Assembly: GCA_031387825.1 (NCBI GenBank)
Contig: JANNDO010000038.1
Span: forward strand, 16,114 to 80,113
Reading direction: 5' to 3'
DNA: 64,000 bases
Origin: Chitinophagaceae bacterium
GTDB lineage: Bacteria; Bacteroidota; Bacteroidia; Chitinophagales; Chitinophagaceae
This document shows positions 39,089 through 48,578 of the stretch, piece by piece. The notes beneath the pieces were generated by a model. The model ran no database searches, had not been told where the DNA came from, and saw only the letters and a list, made by a program, of their open reading frames with translations. Position 1 is the first letter of the stretch, and every line of letters begins with the position of its first letter. The position numbers and the translations under genes are program-made.

Positions 39089-40510
39089 TCAAAAATTGCT
39101 GGCCGGTAATTGTATGCTTTGCGGATGATTAATAATATTGAGTGGGTCATACTTCTTTTTTACCTGTTGCAGCCGGTTGTAATTGTTTCCATAATATGCA
39201 ATTTGCCAGTTTGCAAAATTTATATCAGGATAATTTCTATACTGCGCTGTTATTCCATTTTTTGAAAACAGGTTTTGAATGGCAGCAAATTTTTCCATCC
39301 GCTGGTTGGCCTGTGCCGGTGTTTCCCAATAAGCCTGCAACTCGGAAAAATAGGTATATGCCCGGTGTGGAAATGCTGAAGCAGCTTCGTTTTCGTTATT
39401 TATAATATTTCCTCCAAGGGTATTTACCTGGTAGATCATTCCGGGTGTTGATTGTGTTGCTGTAATTACTTTTTCAATAAAAGATTCTATCTCTGGAAAA
39501 TTTTTATATAACCCTGCAGAAGCATTTTTAAAATACAGCGGATCTTTTCTACCATAAAAAACCTTTAATGCTTTGGTAATGGGTTGTGGGGTTGTTTTTG
39601 TCGTTTTTCCGGAAATAGCAGATAGTTTATAAATTGCCTCTTGTACAGCAGCGTTAGGTTTATCGGTATTGGTTAATAAAATATAAACTGTTTTTCCGTT
39701 AAGTACATAAGCAGAAAAACAGGAGGCCGGCAGCAATGCTGTAGCCGTAAACCATTCTTTTAGAATTGCTGTTGCTTTGGCAGCATTAGTTTTATAAGTT
39801 TTAAAGCGATGGCTTTGCAATGTAGCCGGCGCTTTGTGTGTTTTAAATTTCAATTCTGTAATCACACCAAAATTTCCGTTACCGCCTCCCTTGCATGCCC
39901 ATAACAATTCTTTATCTGTTGCCGAATTTATGCTTCGTCCTATACCGTCTACCATAGTTACTTCCTGCAGGCTGTCACATGTTAATCCAAAATTTCTCGC
40001 CAGCAATCCATAACCTCCGCCCAACACAAGGCCGCCTATTCCAACGCCTGCACAGGAGCCTCCTGGTATTATTCTTCCTTTGGGTAATAGCTCATCATAT
40101 ATTGAAGACAGGGTGCAGCCAGGGCCAACAGATACAATCTCTTTATCCAGCCAGCTGATTTTATTCAATAACGAAAGATTGATCACCATTCCATTATCAT
40201 TGGCAGAAAACCCTTCCATACAATGTCCGCCACTTTTTATTGCTACCGGTAATTTATTTGTATTAGCATATAATATTGCTTCGGCTACGCCGGCTGCATT
40301 TTTACAAAGCGCTATTACCAGGGGGAACTTATCTATCCGTTTGTTGAAGCCCCTTCTAAGGCTTTCGTACTGTTGCTCACTTTTTCTGAAGTAGTCAACA
40401 TTTATCGTTTGTTCTACCTGATAATATTTTGAAACTTTTTTTGCATATACCCCAAGTGGTGCAAGCAGCGCCAATTTTAAAAACTCTTTTCGTTGTATGT
40501 TTTTTGTCAT
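39089..40510 (-). CDS. FAD-binding oxidoreductase, berberine-bridge-enzyme family
   Basis: KSGGH, GGSC, GGGNGNFG, YRNY and KKKYDPLN. Tat-like N-terminus. Confidence 0.9.
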   Translation of the reverse strand: MTKNIQRKEFLKLALLAPLGVYAKKVSKYYQVEQTINVDYFRKSEQQYESLRRGFNKRIDKFPLVIALCKNAAGVAEAILYANTNKLPVAIKSGGHCMEGFSANDNGMVINLSLLNKISWLDKEIVSVGPGCTLSSIYDELLPKGRIIPGGSCAGVGIGGLVLGGGYGLLARNFGLTCDSLQEVTMVDGIGRSINSATDKELLWACKGGGNGNFGVITELKFKTHKAPATLQSHRFKTYKTNAAKATAILKEWFTATALLPASCFSAYVLNGKTVYILLTNTDKPNAAVQEAIYKLSAISGKTTKTTPQPITKALKVFYGRKDPLYFKNASAGLYKNFPEIESFIEKVITATQSTPGMIYQVNTLGGNIINNENEAASAFPHRAYTYFSELQAYWETPAQANQRMEKFAAIQNLFSKNGITAQYRNYPDINFANWQIAYYGNNYNRLQQVKKKYDPLNIINHPQSIQLPASNF

Positions 40511-40583
40511 ACTGTAATTTATTGCTAAATCATCATTTTGTTATACAGATTTTATAAGCCATGGTTTGTTTTATCTTTGCGCC

Positions 40584-41369
40584 ATGTTAAAAACCACACT
40601 TTTAAATGCAGTTGAGGCCGGCGCTAAAGAATTAAGGCGATACTTTAATAACGATGATCTAAAGATCAGTAATAAAGAAGGTATTAATAACTGGGTTACC
40701 GAAGCTGATCATGCTTCTGAAAAAGCAATCATTGATGTTATTAAAGCCGATTTTCCGGCTCACTTCATTTTGAGTGAAGAAGCAGGTGAAATTATAACTG
40801 ACAGTGATGTAAAATGGATAATTGACCCCATTGATGGTACTATTAATTTTGCCAGCGGTATCCCTCTTTGTGCAGTAAGTATAGGTGTTGAAAAAAAAGG
40901 AGAGATGATCCTTGGAGCGGTGTATAATCCTTTTATTAACGAGTTGTTTTTTGCACAAAAAGGTTTTGGAGCAACTTTAAATGATAAAAAAATAAGTGTC
41001 AGCAAAAAAAAGGAAGTGTTGCATAGCTGTTTAGTTACGGGCTTTCCTTACACTTATCTTGATATGGAGAATGGCCCATTGCAGGTGTTTGAGCGTTTTG
41101 TACGAAAGGGGATACCGGTGCGCAGGCTGGGCAGCGCTGCCATAGATCTTTGCTGGGTTGCTGCCGGAAGGTTTGAAGGTTTTTTTGAACACAGCCTGAG
41201 CCCATGGGATACGGCGGCCGGTTATTTGATTGTTGAGGAGGCCGGGGGAAAAGTAACCGACATGAATGGTGATAAATATTCTCCTTATCAAAAAAAGTTA
41301 GTGGCCACAAACGGGTTGATACATGATGAGTTGATAGAAGTAATTCATAACAGAAAACAATTAGGCTAA
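40584..41369 (+). CDS. suhB: Inositol monophosphatase family protein
   Basis: WIIDPIDGTINF, RRLGSAAIDL and WDTAAG. ATG 40584 follows TATCTTTG. Confidence 0.92.
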   Translation: MLKTTLLNAVEAGAKELRRYFNNDDLKISNKEGINNWVTEADHASEKAIIDVIKADFPAHFILSEEAGEIITDSDVKWIIDPIDGTINFASGIPLCAVSIGVEKKGEMILGAVYNPFINELFFAQKGFGATLNDKKISVSKKKEVLHSCLVTGFPYTYLDMENGPLQVFERFVRKGIPVRRLGSAAIDLCWVAAGRFEGFFEHSLSPWDTAAGYLIVEEAGGKVTDMNGDKYSPYQKKLVATNGLIHDELIEVIHNRKQLG

Positions 41370-41377
41370 AACAAAAC

Positions 41378-42403
41378 ATGGAAGAAAGAACAGAAATATC
41401 ATCTCTTGGTGAATTTGGTTTAATAGACCATCTCACAAAAAATAATGAAATAAAAAACGCTTCCACCGTTTTGGGTGTAGGCGATGATGCTGCGGTAATT
41501 GATCATTTCGGCAGACAAACGGTTATCAGTACAGACCTGCTGGTTGAAGGAATTCATTTTGACCTGATGTACACGCCTTTGAAACATTTAGGCTATAAGT
41601 CAGTGATCGTAAATATCAGCGACATATATGCCATGAATGCCACACCAACACAAATTTTATTGAGTATTGCTATAAGTAATAAGTTTAGCGTGGAAGCGTT
41701 AGATGAGTTTTACGAAGGTGTTTATGCCGCCTGCGAAAAATATAATGTTGATCTTGTTGGTGGTGATACAACCTCATCACAACGGGGCTTTGTTATCAGC
41801 ATTACGGCTGTTGGAGAAGTGGCACCCGATAGTTATGTTAAAAGAGATGGCGCAAAAGTTAATGACCTGGTTTGTGTAAGTGGCGATTTGGGTGGAGCCT
41901 TTTTAGGATTAACCATTTTGGAAAGAGAGAAAAAGATATTTGAAGAAACCGGTGCTCAGCCTGACCTGGAAAACAGGGTATATATTGTTGGCCGTTTATT
42001 AAAACCAGAGGCAAGAAAAGATGTGATTGAATATTTTGCCGAACGTGAAATTATACCATCCAGCATGATGGACATCAGTGATGGATTAAGCAGTGAAATG
42101 CTACACATTTGCAAACAAAGCAATGTGGGCTGTGTTTTGTATGAAGACAAGCTTCCCATTAATGAGGACAGTAAAGACTTTGCTTATAAACTGGAATTGG
42201 ACCCCACAGCCTGTGCTTTAAGTGGTGGTGAAGATTATGAGTTACTTTTTACTGTTGCACAGGCAGACTATGAAAAAATAAATGCAAACAACGGCCTGAG
42301 TGTTATTGGTTATATAACAGATGCTGCTGAGGGGAAAAGGATCATTACCCGTGGCGGAAACAAACATGACCTGGTGGCCCAGGGATGGAATCATTTGAAA
42401 TGA
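41378..42403 (+). CDS. thiL: Thiamine-monophosphate kinase
   Basis: GEFGLI, GVGDDAA, SDIYAMNA, GGDT, DISDGL and GGEDYELLFT. Confidence 0.96.
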   Translation: MEERTEISSLGEFGLIDHLTKNNEIKNASTVLGVGDDAAVIDHFGRQTVISTDLLVEGIHFDLMYTPLKHLGYKSVIVNISDIYAMNATPTQILLSIAISNKFSVEALDEFYEGVYAACEKYNVDLVGGDTTSSQRGFVISITAVGEVAPDSYVKRDGAKVNDLVCVSGDLGGAFLGLTILEREKKIFEETGAQPDLENRVYIVGRLLKPEARKDVIEYFAEREIIPSSMMDISDGLSSEMLHICKQSNVGCVLYEDKLPINEDSKDFAYKLELDPTACALSGGEDYELLFTVAQADYEKINANNGLSVIGYITDAAEGKRIITRGGNKHDLVAQGWNHLK

Positions 42404-42457
42404 CCCCGGTTTAAATAAATTTTGTTGGGGTTGTTTTTTTCAATCACAAGAGATATA

Positions 42458-43951
42458 ATGAAAATTATTAAAAATATTTTTATCTTTTTAATTCCCCTGT
42501 TTTTATCTTCATGCGCCACAACCATCAAAAACTACAATCCCGGTAAAAAATATTCATCCCAACAATTACAGGAAGATTATTCCCTGTTGAGAAATATCCT
42601 GGAAAAAAAACATCCCTCGCTTTACTGGTATACCGTCAAAGACAGTATGGATATATATTTTGATAAATACTACAGCGATATAAAAGACAGCATGACCGAA
42701 CAGCAGTTTGGCTGGAAGATCATTGCACCGCTTACAGATAAAATACATTGTGGTCATACCAGCTTCGCCATGAGTAAAAAATATAACAACTGGGCAGCGG
42801 GTAAAAGATTTCCTTCTTTCCCTTTATTTATGAAGCTGTGGAATGATACGATGGTTGTTACAAATAATTTAAACAGGAAAGATTCGATCTTAAAAAGAGG
42901 GGCGTTAATTACTTCTGTAAACGGATTAAACAGTACGGGCCTTAAACAAACAATGTTTGGCTATATGACAGAAGATGGTAACGCCAATAATGTAAACTAT
43001 ATCCGGCTTAGTGGCAACTTTCCTTATTATCACCGGAATATTTTTGGCATCAGTAAAAATTATGCTGTAAAATATATTGACAGCCTTGGTATTGAACGGG
43101 CCGTTGATATTCCTGTTTTTGAACAACGTAAAGACAGCAGCCAAAGAACAAGGCCGGTTGAGCCTGTACAAAGAGATAAATCTGTGTCACGTCAAAAACG
43201 ATTGCTTGATATGCGGTCGCTTGCAATTGATACTGCTAACAACACCGCCATAATCACATTAAATACTTTTTCATCAGGGGGGCTTCGTAAATTTTTCAGG
43301 CAATCATTCAGGTATATCAGAAAAACAGGTATCGCTAATGTTGTTCTTGATCTGCGGAGTAATGGCGGTGGAAGAATAAACCTCTCTACCTTATTGACAA
43401 AATATGTGAGCAGAACAACTATTAAAGTAGCTGATACTTCTTTTGCGGTCACAAAATCATTGAGGCCTTTTACAAAATATATTAATAGCGGTTTTATCAA
43501 TAATCTTGGTCTCTTTTTTCTAACTAAAAAAAATAAAGATGGCCTCTATCATTTTGGGCACTGGGAAAGAAAATTATATAAACCCAAAAATAAAAATCAC
43601 TTTTCGGGCAATGTTTATGTGCTTATAAATGGATCTACTTTTTCTGCTTCTGCAATTTTTTGTAACGCAATAAAAGGTCAACCTGGAATTACACTGGTTG
43701 GCGAGGAGGCCGGTGGTGGCTGGTATGGTAATAATGGAATTTTAATTCCGGACATTACATTGCCCAATACCCGGCTCCGTGTAAGGCTTCCGTTGTTCCG
43801 GTTAGTACAATATAAACATGTGGCAAAAGATGGTCGTGGTGTTCCCCCTGATATTTTTATCGGTACAAGTTATGATGCTTTGTTAAAAGGGGTTGATAAA
43901 AAAATGCAGGTGGTTATGGGGATGATCAGCGAAAAAAGAAAAAGGAATTAG
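42458..43951 (+). CDS. S41 family peptidase lipoprotein
   Basis: Lipobox LSSC, DLRSNGGG, TFSASA and GEEAGG. ATG 42458 preferred. Confidence 0.88.
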   Translation: MKIIKNIFIFLIPLFLSSCATTIKNYNPGKKYSSQQLQEDYSLLRNILEKKHPSLYWYTVKDSMDIYFDKYYSDIKDSMTEQQFGWKIIAPLTDKIHCGHTSFAMSKKYNNWAAGKRFPSFPLFMKLWNDTMVVTNNLNRKDSILKRGALITSVNGLNSTGLKQTMFGYMTEDGNANNVNYIRLSGNFPYYHRNIFGISKNYAVKYIDSLGIERAVDIPVFEQRKDSSQRTRPVEPVQRDKSVSRQKRLLDMRSLAIDTANNTAIITLNTFSSGGLRKFFRQSFRYIRKTGIANVVLDLRSNGGGRINLSTLLTKYVSRTTIKVADTSFAVTKSLRPFTKYINSGFINNLGLFFLTKKNKDGLYHFGHWERKLYKPKNKNHFSGNVYVLINGSTFSASAIFCNAIKGQPGITLVGEEAGGGWYGNNGILIPDITLPNTRLRVRLPLFRLVQYKHVAKDGRGVPPDIFIGTSYDALLKGVDKKMQVVMGMISEKRKRN

Positions 43952-43952
43952 G

Positions 43953-44741
43953 CTACTGTATGTTAAAATGATCTGCATCTTTCCAAAACGGAAATTTTTC
44001 TCTTACCTCTGCCAGTTTTTCTTTTTGTAATGTGATAGTAAAAACATCTTCGTCATCGGCCATATGATAAAGCACTTGTCCCAGCGGATCTATTATTAGA
44101 CTGTTGCCGCTATGATAAACATTATTTCCATCGTTGCCCACACGATTCACACCAACAACATAACACTGATTTTCTATTGCCCTTGCACATAATAATGTTT
44201 TCCATGCATGGCTGCGCCTTTCGGGCCAATTGGCAACATAGATCAATACATCATACTCGGGGCCTTCCTCTTTTATTTGTTGTCTTGCCCAAACCGGGAA
44301 TCTCAAATCGTAGCAGACCTGTAAATTTATTTTCCATCCTTTTGCAGACGCTATCAGCCTTTTGTTTCCCGGGCTATAATATTTGTCTTCTTCGCCATAA
44401 GCAAACAGGTGTCGTTTATCATATTGACCATACTGCCCATTGGGCAGCATCCATATCAGGCGATTAAAATAATTTCCTTCCTCTTCAATGATTATACTTC
44501 CTGTGAGTATGATCCCGTTCTCCCTGCTTACCCTTTCCATCCATTGCATTGTTTCTCCTTCCATTGTCTCTGCTAACAGCACGGGCTTCATACTAAACCC
44601 CGTGCTGAACATTTCCGGCAAAACAACTATTTCGGTTTTATCTTCAATGCCTGTAATTTTTTGTTCCAGCATGTGCAGGTTGGCTGTTTTTTCTTCCCAG
44701 CCTAAATTACTTTGTATGGTAGTAATGGAAAGGGTTGACAT
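43953..44741 (-). CDS. yafV: Carbon-nitrogen hydrolase (omega-amidase, YafV-like)
   Basis: Catalytic triad motifs LPEMF, YDKRHLF and VCYDLRFP, plus ARAIENQ. Confidence 0.88.
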   Translation of the reverse strand: MSTLSITTIQSNLGWEEKTANLHMLEQKITGIEDKTEIVVLPEMFSTGFSMKPVLLAETMEGETMQWMERVSRENGIILTGSIIIEEEGNYFNRLIWMLPNGQYGQYDKRHLFAYGEEDKYYSPGNKRLIASAKGWKINLQVCYDLRFPVWARQQIKEEGPEYDVLIYVANWPERRSHAWKTLLCARAIENQCYVVGVNRVGNDGNNVYHSGNSLIIDPLGQVLYHMADDEDVFTITLQKEKLAEVREKFPFWKDADHFNIQ

Positions 44742-44942
44742 GAGGTTTAATTATATGCTAATTTACGAATTGAATATATACCATGTTTTTGTTTTATTTT
44801 TCATTAAAAAACAAAAGCTTAATTTTACACTCCACTCCTTAATTAAGATACGCTTGTTGCAAGCCAATGTGGTAAATAAATATTTTCCTGCTGATTCAGA
44901 AAATGCAACGTCTTTGCCAGCCTTATTATAAAAATCCATTTA

Positions 44943-46208
44943 ATGGCATTTAAAAAATTAGATTTAATTGACCCTATCCTGAAAGCATTGGTTGCGGAGG
45001 GGTATTCAACCCCAACGCCCATACAAGCCCAGTCGATTCCATTAATTTTAGAAAGAAGGGATCTGCTTGGCTGTGCCCAAACCGGCACTGGTAAAACGGC
45101 CGCTTTTGCAATTCCTATTTTACAAATATTATATCAGCAGAAACAGGAAGAGCGTGGCCCCAGAAATATTAAAGTATTAATATTAACTCCTACAAGGGAG
45201 CTTGCTATACAGATAGACGAAAGTTTTGCGGCCTATGGAAAATATACCGGGCTTACCCATACCGTAATCTTTGGAGGGGTGTCCCAACAACAGCAAACCA
45301 ATATTTTGCGAAGAGGTATAGATATATTGGTTGCTACCCCGGGCCGTTTACTGGATCTGATAAGCCAGGGTTTTATTGATCTTAAATATCTTAAAATTTT
45401 CGTGTTGGATGAAGCGGATCGTATGCTGGACATGGGTTTCATACACGATGTAAAAAGAATCATTACCAAACTTCCTGCAAAAAGGCAAACGCTGTTTTTC
45501 TCTGCCACCATGCCTCAGGAAATTCAAAAGCTGGCCAATGTATTATTGACCAACCCGGCCAAGGTTGAAGTTACTCCTGCGGCATCTACAGTTGATGCGA
45601 TTGAACAAAATCTTTTTTATGTAGATAAACAAAATAAGCCTAACCTGCTTTTACATTTATTAAAAGACGAGGTAATTCTTACGGCCCTGGTATTTACACG
45701 TACTAAACATGGCGCAGATAAGGTTGTAAAATTTTTACACCGGGCTAATATAACGGCTGCCGCCATTCATGGAAACAAATCACAAAATGCCCGTCAAAAT
45801 GCATTGGGTAATTTTAAAACAGGAAAAACCCGTGTGTTGGTGGCAACAGATATTGCTGCCAGGGGAATTGATATTGACGATCTGTCGCATGTAATAAATT
45901 ATGAGCTTCCAAATGTTCCAGAAACATATGTACACCGTATTGGGCGTACGGGCAGAGCTGGCAATACCGGTATTGCCTTTTCATTTTGCGACGCAGACGA
46001 AAGAACAGAGTTAAAAGATATTCAAAAGCTGATCTGTAAAAATATTCCGGTAGTTAATGAACATCCTTTTCCATTAAGCGCTGCGTCTTTTGCGGCACCA
46101 ATAGCGGCTCCACAAAAACCAAATCAAAAACGCTTCAGGGGTTTTGGCTCTGCTGATAAAGGAAAGAACAGGAATTTTAATAGCAGGCGCCAGGCCCATA
46201 AAAATTAA
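44943..46208 (+). CDS. rhlE: DEAD-box RNA helicase (RhlE-like)
   Basis: AQTGTGKT, PTRELA, LDEADRMLD, SAT and HRIGRTGR. Confidence 0.92.
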   Translation: MAFKKLDLIDPILKALVAEGYSTPTPIQAQSIPLILERRDLLGCAQTGTGKTAAFAIPILQILYQQKQEERGPRNIKVLILTPTRELAIQIDESFAAYGKYTGLTHTVIFGGVSQQQQTNILRRGIDILVATPGRLLDLISQGFIDLKYLKIFVLDEADRMLDMGFIHDVKRIITKLPAKRQTLFFSATMPQEIQKLANVLLTNPAKVEVTPAASTVDAIEQNLFYVDKQNKPNLLLHLLKDEVILTALVFTRTKHGADKVVKFLHRANITAAAIHGNKSQNARQNALGNFKTGKTRVLVATDIAARGIDIDDLSHVINYELPNVPETYVHRIGRTGRAGNTGIAFSFCDADERTELKDIQKLICKNIPVVNEHPFPLSAASFAAPIAAPQKPNQKRFRGFGSADKGKNRNFNSRRQAHKN

Positions 46209-46275
46209 AATACCCAATGGCCGCAATATTTTCATTATTTAATATTGGTACTTTACACCCCTAAACTATTTAAAT

Positions 46276-46779
46276 ATGAAAAAAATCTTTTTGAGTCTTT
46301 GTACAGTGGTTTTAGCAACAATTTTTTTATCCTCCTGTAACAATGAGGTGGCTAAAACTGAAGCGCCTGCATTTAGCCTTGACAGCGCCAAGGCTGCCAT
46401 TGCTGCCAGCAACAAAATTTTTGGCGAATGCTTTGCAACCGGGGATTCCACAAAATTTACCAGTTGTTATACCAGCGATGGTTGTATCAATCCTTCCAAT
46501 ATGCCAAGAATGTGTGGCCCACAGGCTATTACAGCGTTCTTTAATGGCGGGTATAAAATGGGGGTTCGCAATATTAAGCTTACTACCGAAGAGGTAATGG
46601 GTGGAAAAGATGCGGTTGTGGAAGTTGGTAAATATGAAATGTTTGTTGGCGATAATATTTCTGTTGAAAAGGGTAAGTTTATTGTTATCTGGAAAGAAGA
46701 AAACGGAAAATGGAAAATGCACAGGGATATCTGGAATTCTGATAATCCTGCTCCGCCGCCGCCTCCGGCAGCAAAGTAG
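46276..46779 (+). CDS. DUF4440/SnoaL-like lipoprotein
   Basis: Lipobox LSSC and GKFIVIWKEENGKWKMHRDIWN. Confidence 0.85.
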   Translation: MKKIFLSLCTVVLATIFLSSCNNEVAKTEAPAFSLDSAKAAIAASNKIFGECFATGDSTKFTSCYTSDGCINPSNMPRMCGPQAITAFFNGGYKMGVRNIKLTTEEVMGGKDAVVEVGKYEMFVGDNISVEKGKFIVIWKEENGKWKMHRDIWNSDNPAPPPPPAAK

Positions 46780-46902
46780 AAAATAATTTTCTTTGTATAC
46801 GCCGAAGCTTTGCTTCGGTTTTTTATTTCTTTTTTTCTGGAGAAAAATGTTATTTTCATTTAGTCTTATTTTGTCCTTCAGCAGGTTTTAAATTGTTAAT
46901 GT

Positions 46903-47994
46903 ATGGCAACCCGTAATTATTTCTCTTACCTTTTAAATCCGCTGGAGTTATTGCGAACAAAAAAGGTATTACAGGTAAACCCAACGATTGCTTCGTCAAG
47001 GATAGAGCCTGATGAAATAAAACTGGTTGTTCATGATTACACCGCAGCGCAATATGATTTTAAAGAGTTGAAAAGTGCTCCGGATTGTTTTCCTTATATA
47101 GATTCTCCTTCAGTTTCCTGGATTAATGTAGATGGCTTAAGAAAAAAAGATGTTGAGTTGATCTGCAATCATTATGGCATCCATAATTTAATTATAGAAG
47201 ATATTTTAAGTTTTGGCCAGCGGCCTAAAATGGACGAAATAGACGGGCTTTTGTTTTGTGTATTAAACATGCTGTACTTCAATGAAAAAGATTCGGCTGT
47301 TGAAACAGAGCAGATCAGTATTGTGCTGGGCAAAAACTTTGTGATCAGTTTCCAGGAAGATGCGGCCAGAGATGTTTTTAATCCATTAAGGGACCGGCTA
47401 AAGGTTAACAACACAAAGGTCCGGCAAAACGGCGCTGATTTTTTGTTTTACTCTCTTATAGATATGATCGTTGATAATTACTTTGTGGTGATGGAAAAGC
47501 TGGGAGAAAAAATTGAAGGGCTGGAGGAGGATATTGTACGCAACCCCAACACCCGTAGCCTGGCTAAAATAAATATGCTTCGTAAGGAGATCATCATACT
47601 GAAAAGAAGTGTTTCTCCTGTCAGGGAACTGGTCAATGGTATTTTACGCAGCGATAGTGATTTGATCAATGAGCGTACGGAAAAATATTTTAAAGATATT
47701 TATGATCATATCTTACAGGCAAATGACCTGGCTGAGAACTACCGGGATATGATGATGAACCTGCACGACCTGTATCTAAGTAACGTGAATTTAAAAATGA
47801 ATGAAGTGATGAAGGTAATGGCGGTGGTAACCTGTTTGCTTGCGCCGGCAACGGTAATCGGTGGTATATTCGGAATGAATTTTGAAATCATACCCCTGCT
47901 TCATAATAAATGGGGGTTTTTTATTTCGGTGGGGTTAATGCTGTTTATTCCGCTGGCAATGATTAGAATGTTTAAGAAGCGGGGTTGGTTTTAA
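46903..47994 (+). CDS. corA: Magnesium/cobalt transporter
   Basis: QRPKMDE, DFLFYSLID, MNEVMK and GMNF signature. Confidence 0.96.
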   Translation: MATRNYFSYLLNPLELLRTKKVLQVNPTIASSRIEPDEIKLVVHDYTAAQYDFKELKSAPDCFPYIDSPSVSWINVDGLRKKDVELICNHYGIHNLIIEDILSFGQRPKMDEIDGLLFCVLNMLYFNEKDSAVETEQISIVLGKNFVISFQEDAARDVFNPLRDRLKVNNTKVRQNGADFLFYSLIDMIVDNYFVVMEKLGEKIEGLEEDIVRNPNTRSLAKINMLRKEIIILKRSVSPVRELVNGILRSDSDLINERTEKYFKDIYDHILQANDLAENYRDMMMNLHDLYLSNVNLKMNEVMKVMAVVTCLLAPATVIGGIFGMNFEIIPLLHNKWGFFISVGLMLFIPLAMIRMFKKRGWF

Positions 47995-48512
47995 ACCTCT
48001 GTTGTTTTCGGTTTCTTATAAATTGGTACTGTACTACAGGGCTCTCCATACATTATACTTTTTGCCACAGGTCTTAGCAGGCCTGTGATAGCTACATATG
48101 CTGTTTCGGAAATCGGTACCTCGCCACAACCTTTTATTACCACCTTTTTGTCCGTATAATCGGCCGTGTTTATTTTAAAAATATTTTTTAAAAAAAGAGC
48201 TTTATGTAAAAATTCTTTATCTCCAAAAACAACTTCGTTGGCTATGGGTTCCAGGTAGCTTGCCGCAAGCATATAGGCCCACATAGGAATAACAGCGTCT
48301 GCAGAACAGGTAAGCGCTATATTTTTTCCTTTATAGATAGAAAGGTCCAGAGTCTTCATTGTTTCCCTGAATTCTTTTTCTTTCAGTATCAATCCCATGA
48401 ACAAGTGGTCTTTCATATCAAATACCGCAGTCTCTTCTTTTGGGTAATATTCCTCCAGGTCAAGTGTAATCAGGCCGCTTTCAGATACTTTATTTACAAT
48501 CATTCCATCCAT
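47991..48512 (-). CDS. DUF2480 family protein
   Basis: IVNKVSESGLITLDL, CSADAVIPMWA, KGCG and SIMYGEPCSTVP. Confidence 0.9.
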   Translation of the reverse strand: MDGMIVNKVSESGLITLDLEEYYPKEETAVFDMKDHLFMGLILKEKEFRETMKTLDLSIYKGKNIALTCSADAVIPMWAYMLAASYLEPIANEVVFGDKEFLHKALFLKNIFKINTADYTDKKVVIKGCGEVPISETAYVAITGLLRPVAKSIMYGEPCSTVPIYKKPKTTEV

Positions 48513-48524
48513 GCGGCAAAGATA

Positions 48525-48558
48525 AACAAAACGGCTGCCACTTAAGCGGCAGCCGTTT
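48525..48558 (-). terminator. Intrinsic terminator of ppiD
   Basis: AAACGGCTGCC-ACTTAAGC-GGCAGCCGTTT with a T-rich tail on the minus strand. Confidence 0.85.
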
Positions 48559-48578
48559 CCTAATCCGGTAAAATATTA

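Noticed and set aside
46747-46776. GC-rich CTCCGCCGCCGCCTCCGGC at the DUF4440 gene end as another repeat copy
   Set aside because: It lacks the palindromic GCTGGCAGA half and is explained by poly-proline codons.
37098-47994. 4-bp overlaps of convergent genes (37098-37101 and 47991-47994)
   Set aside because: Shared TTAA stop overlaps are common in compact AT-rich genomes.
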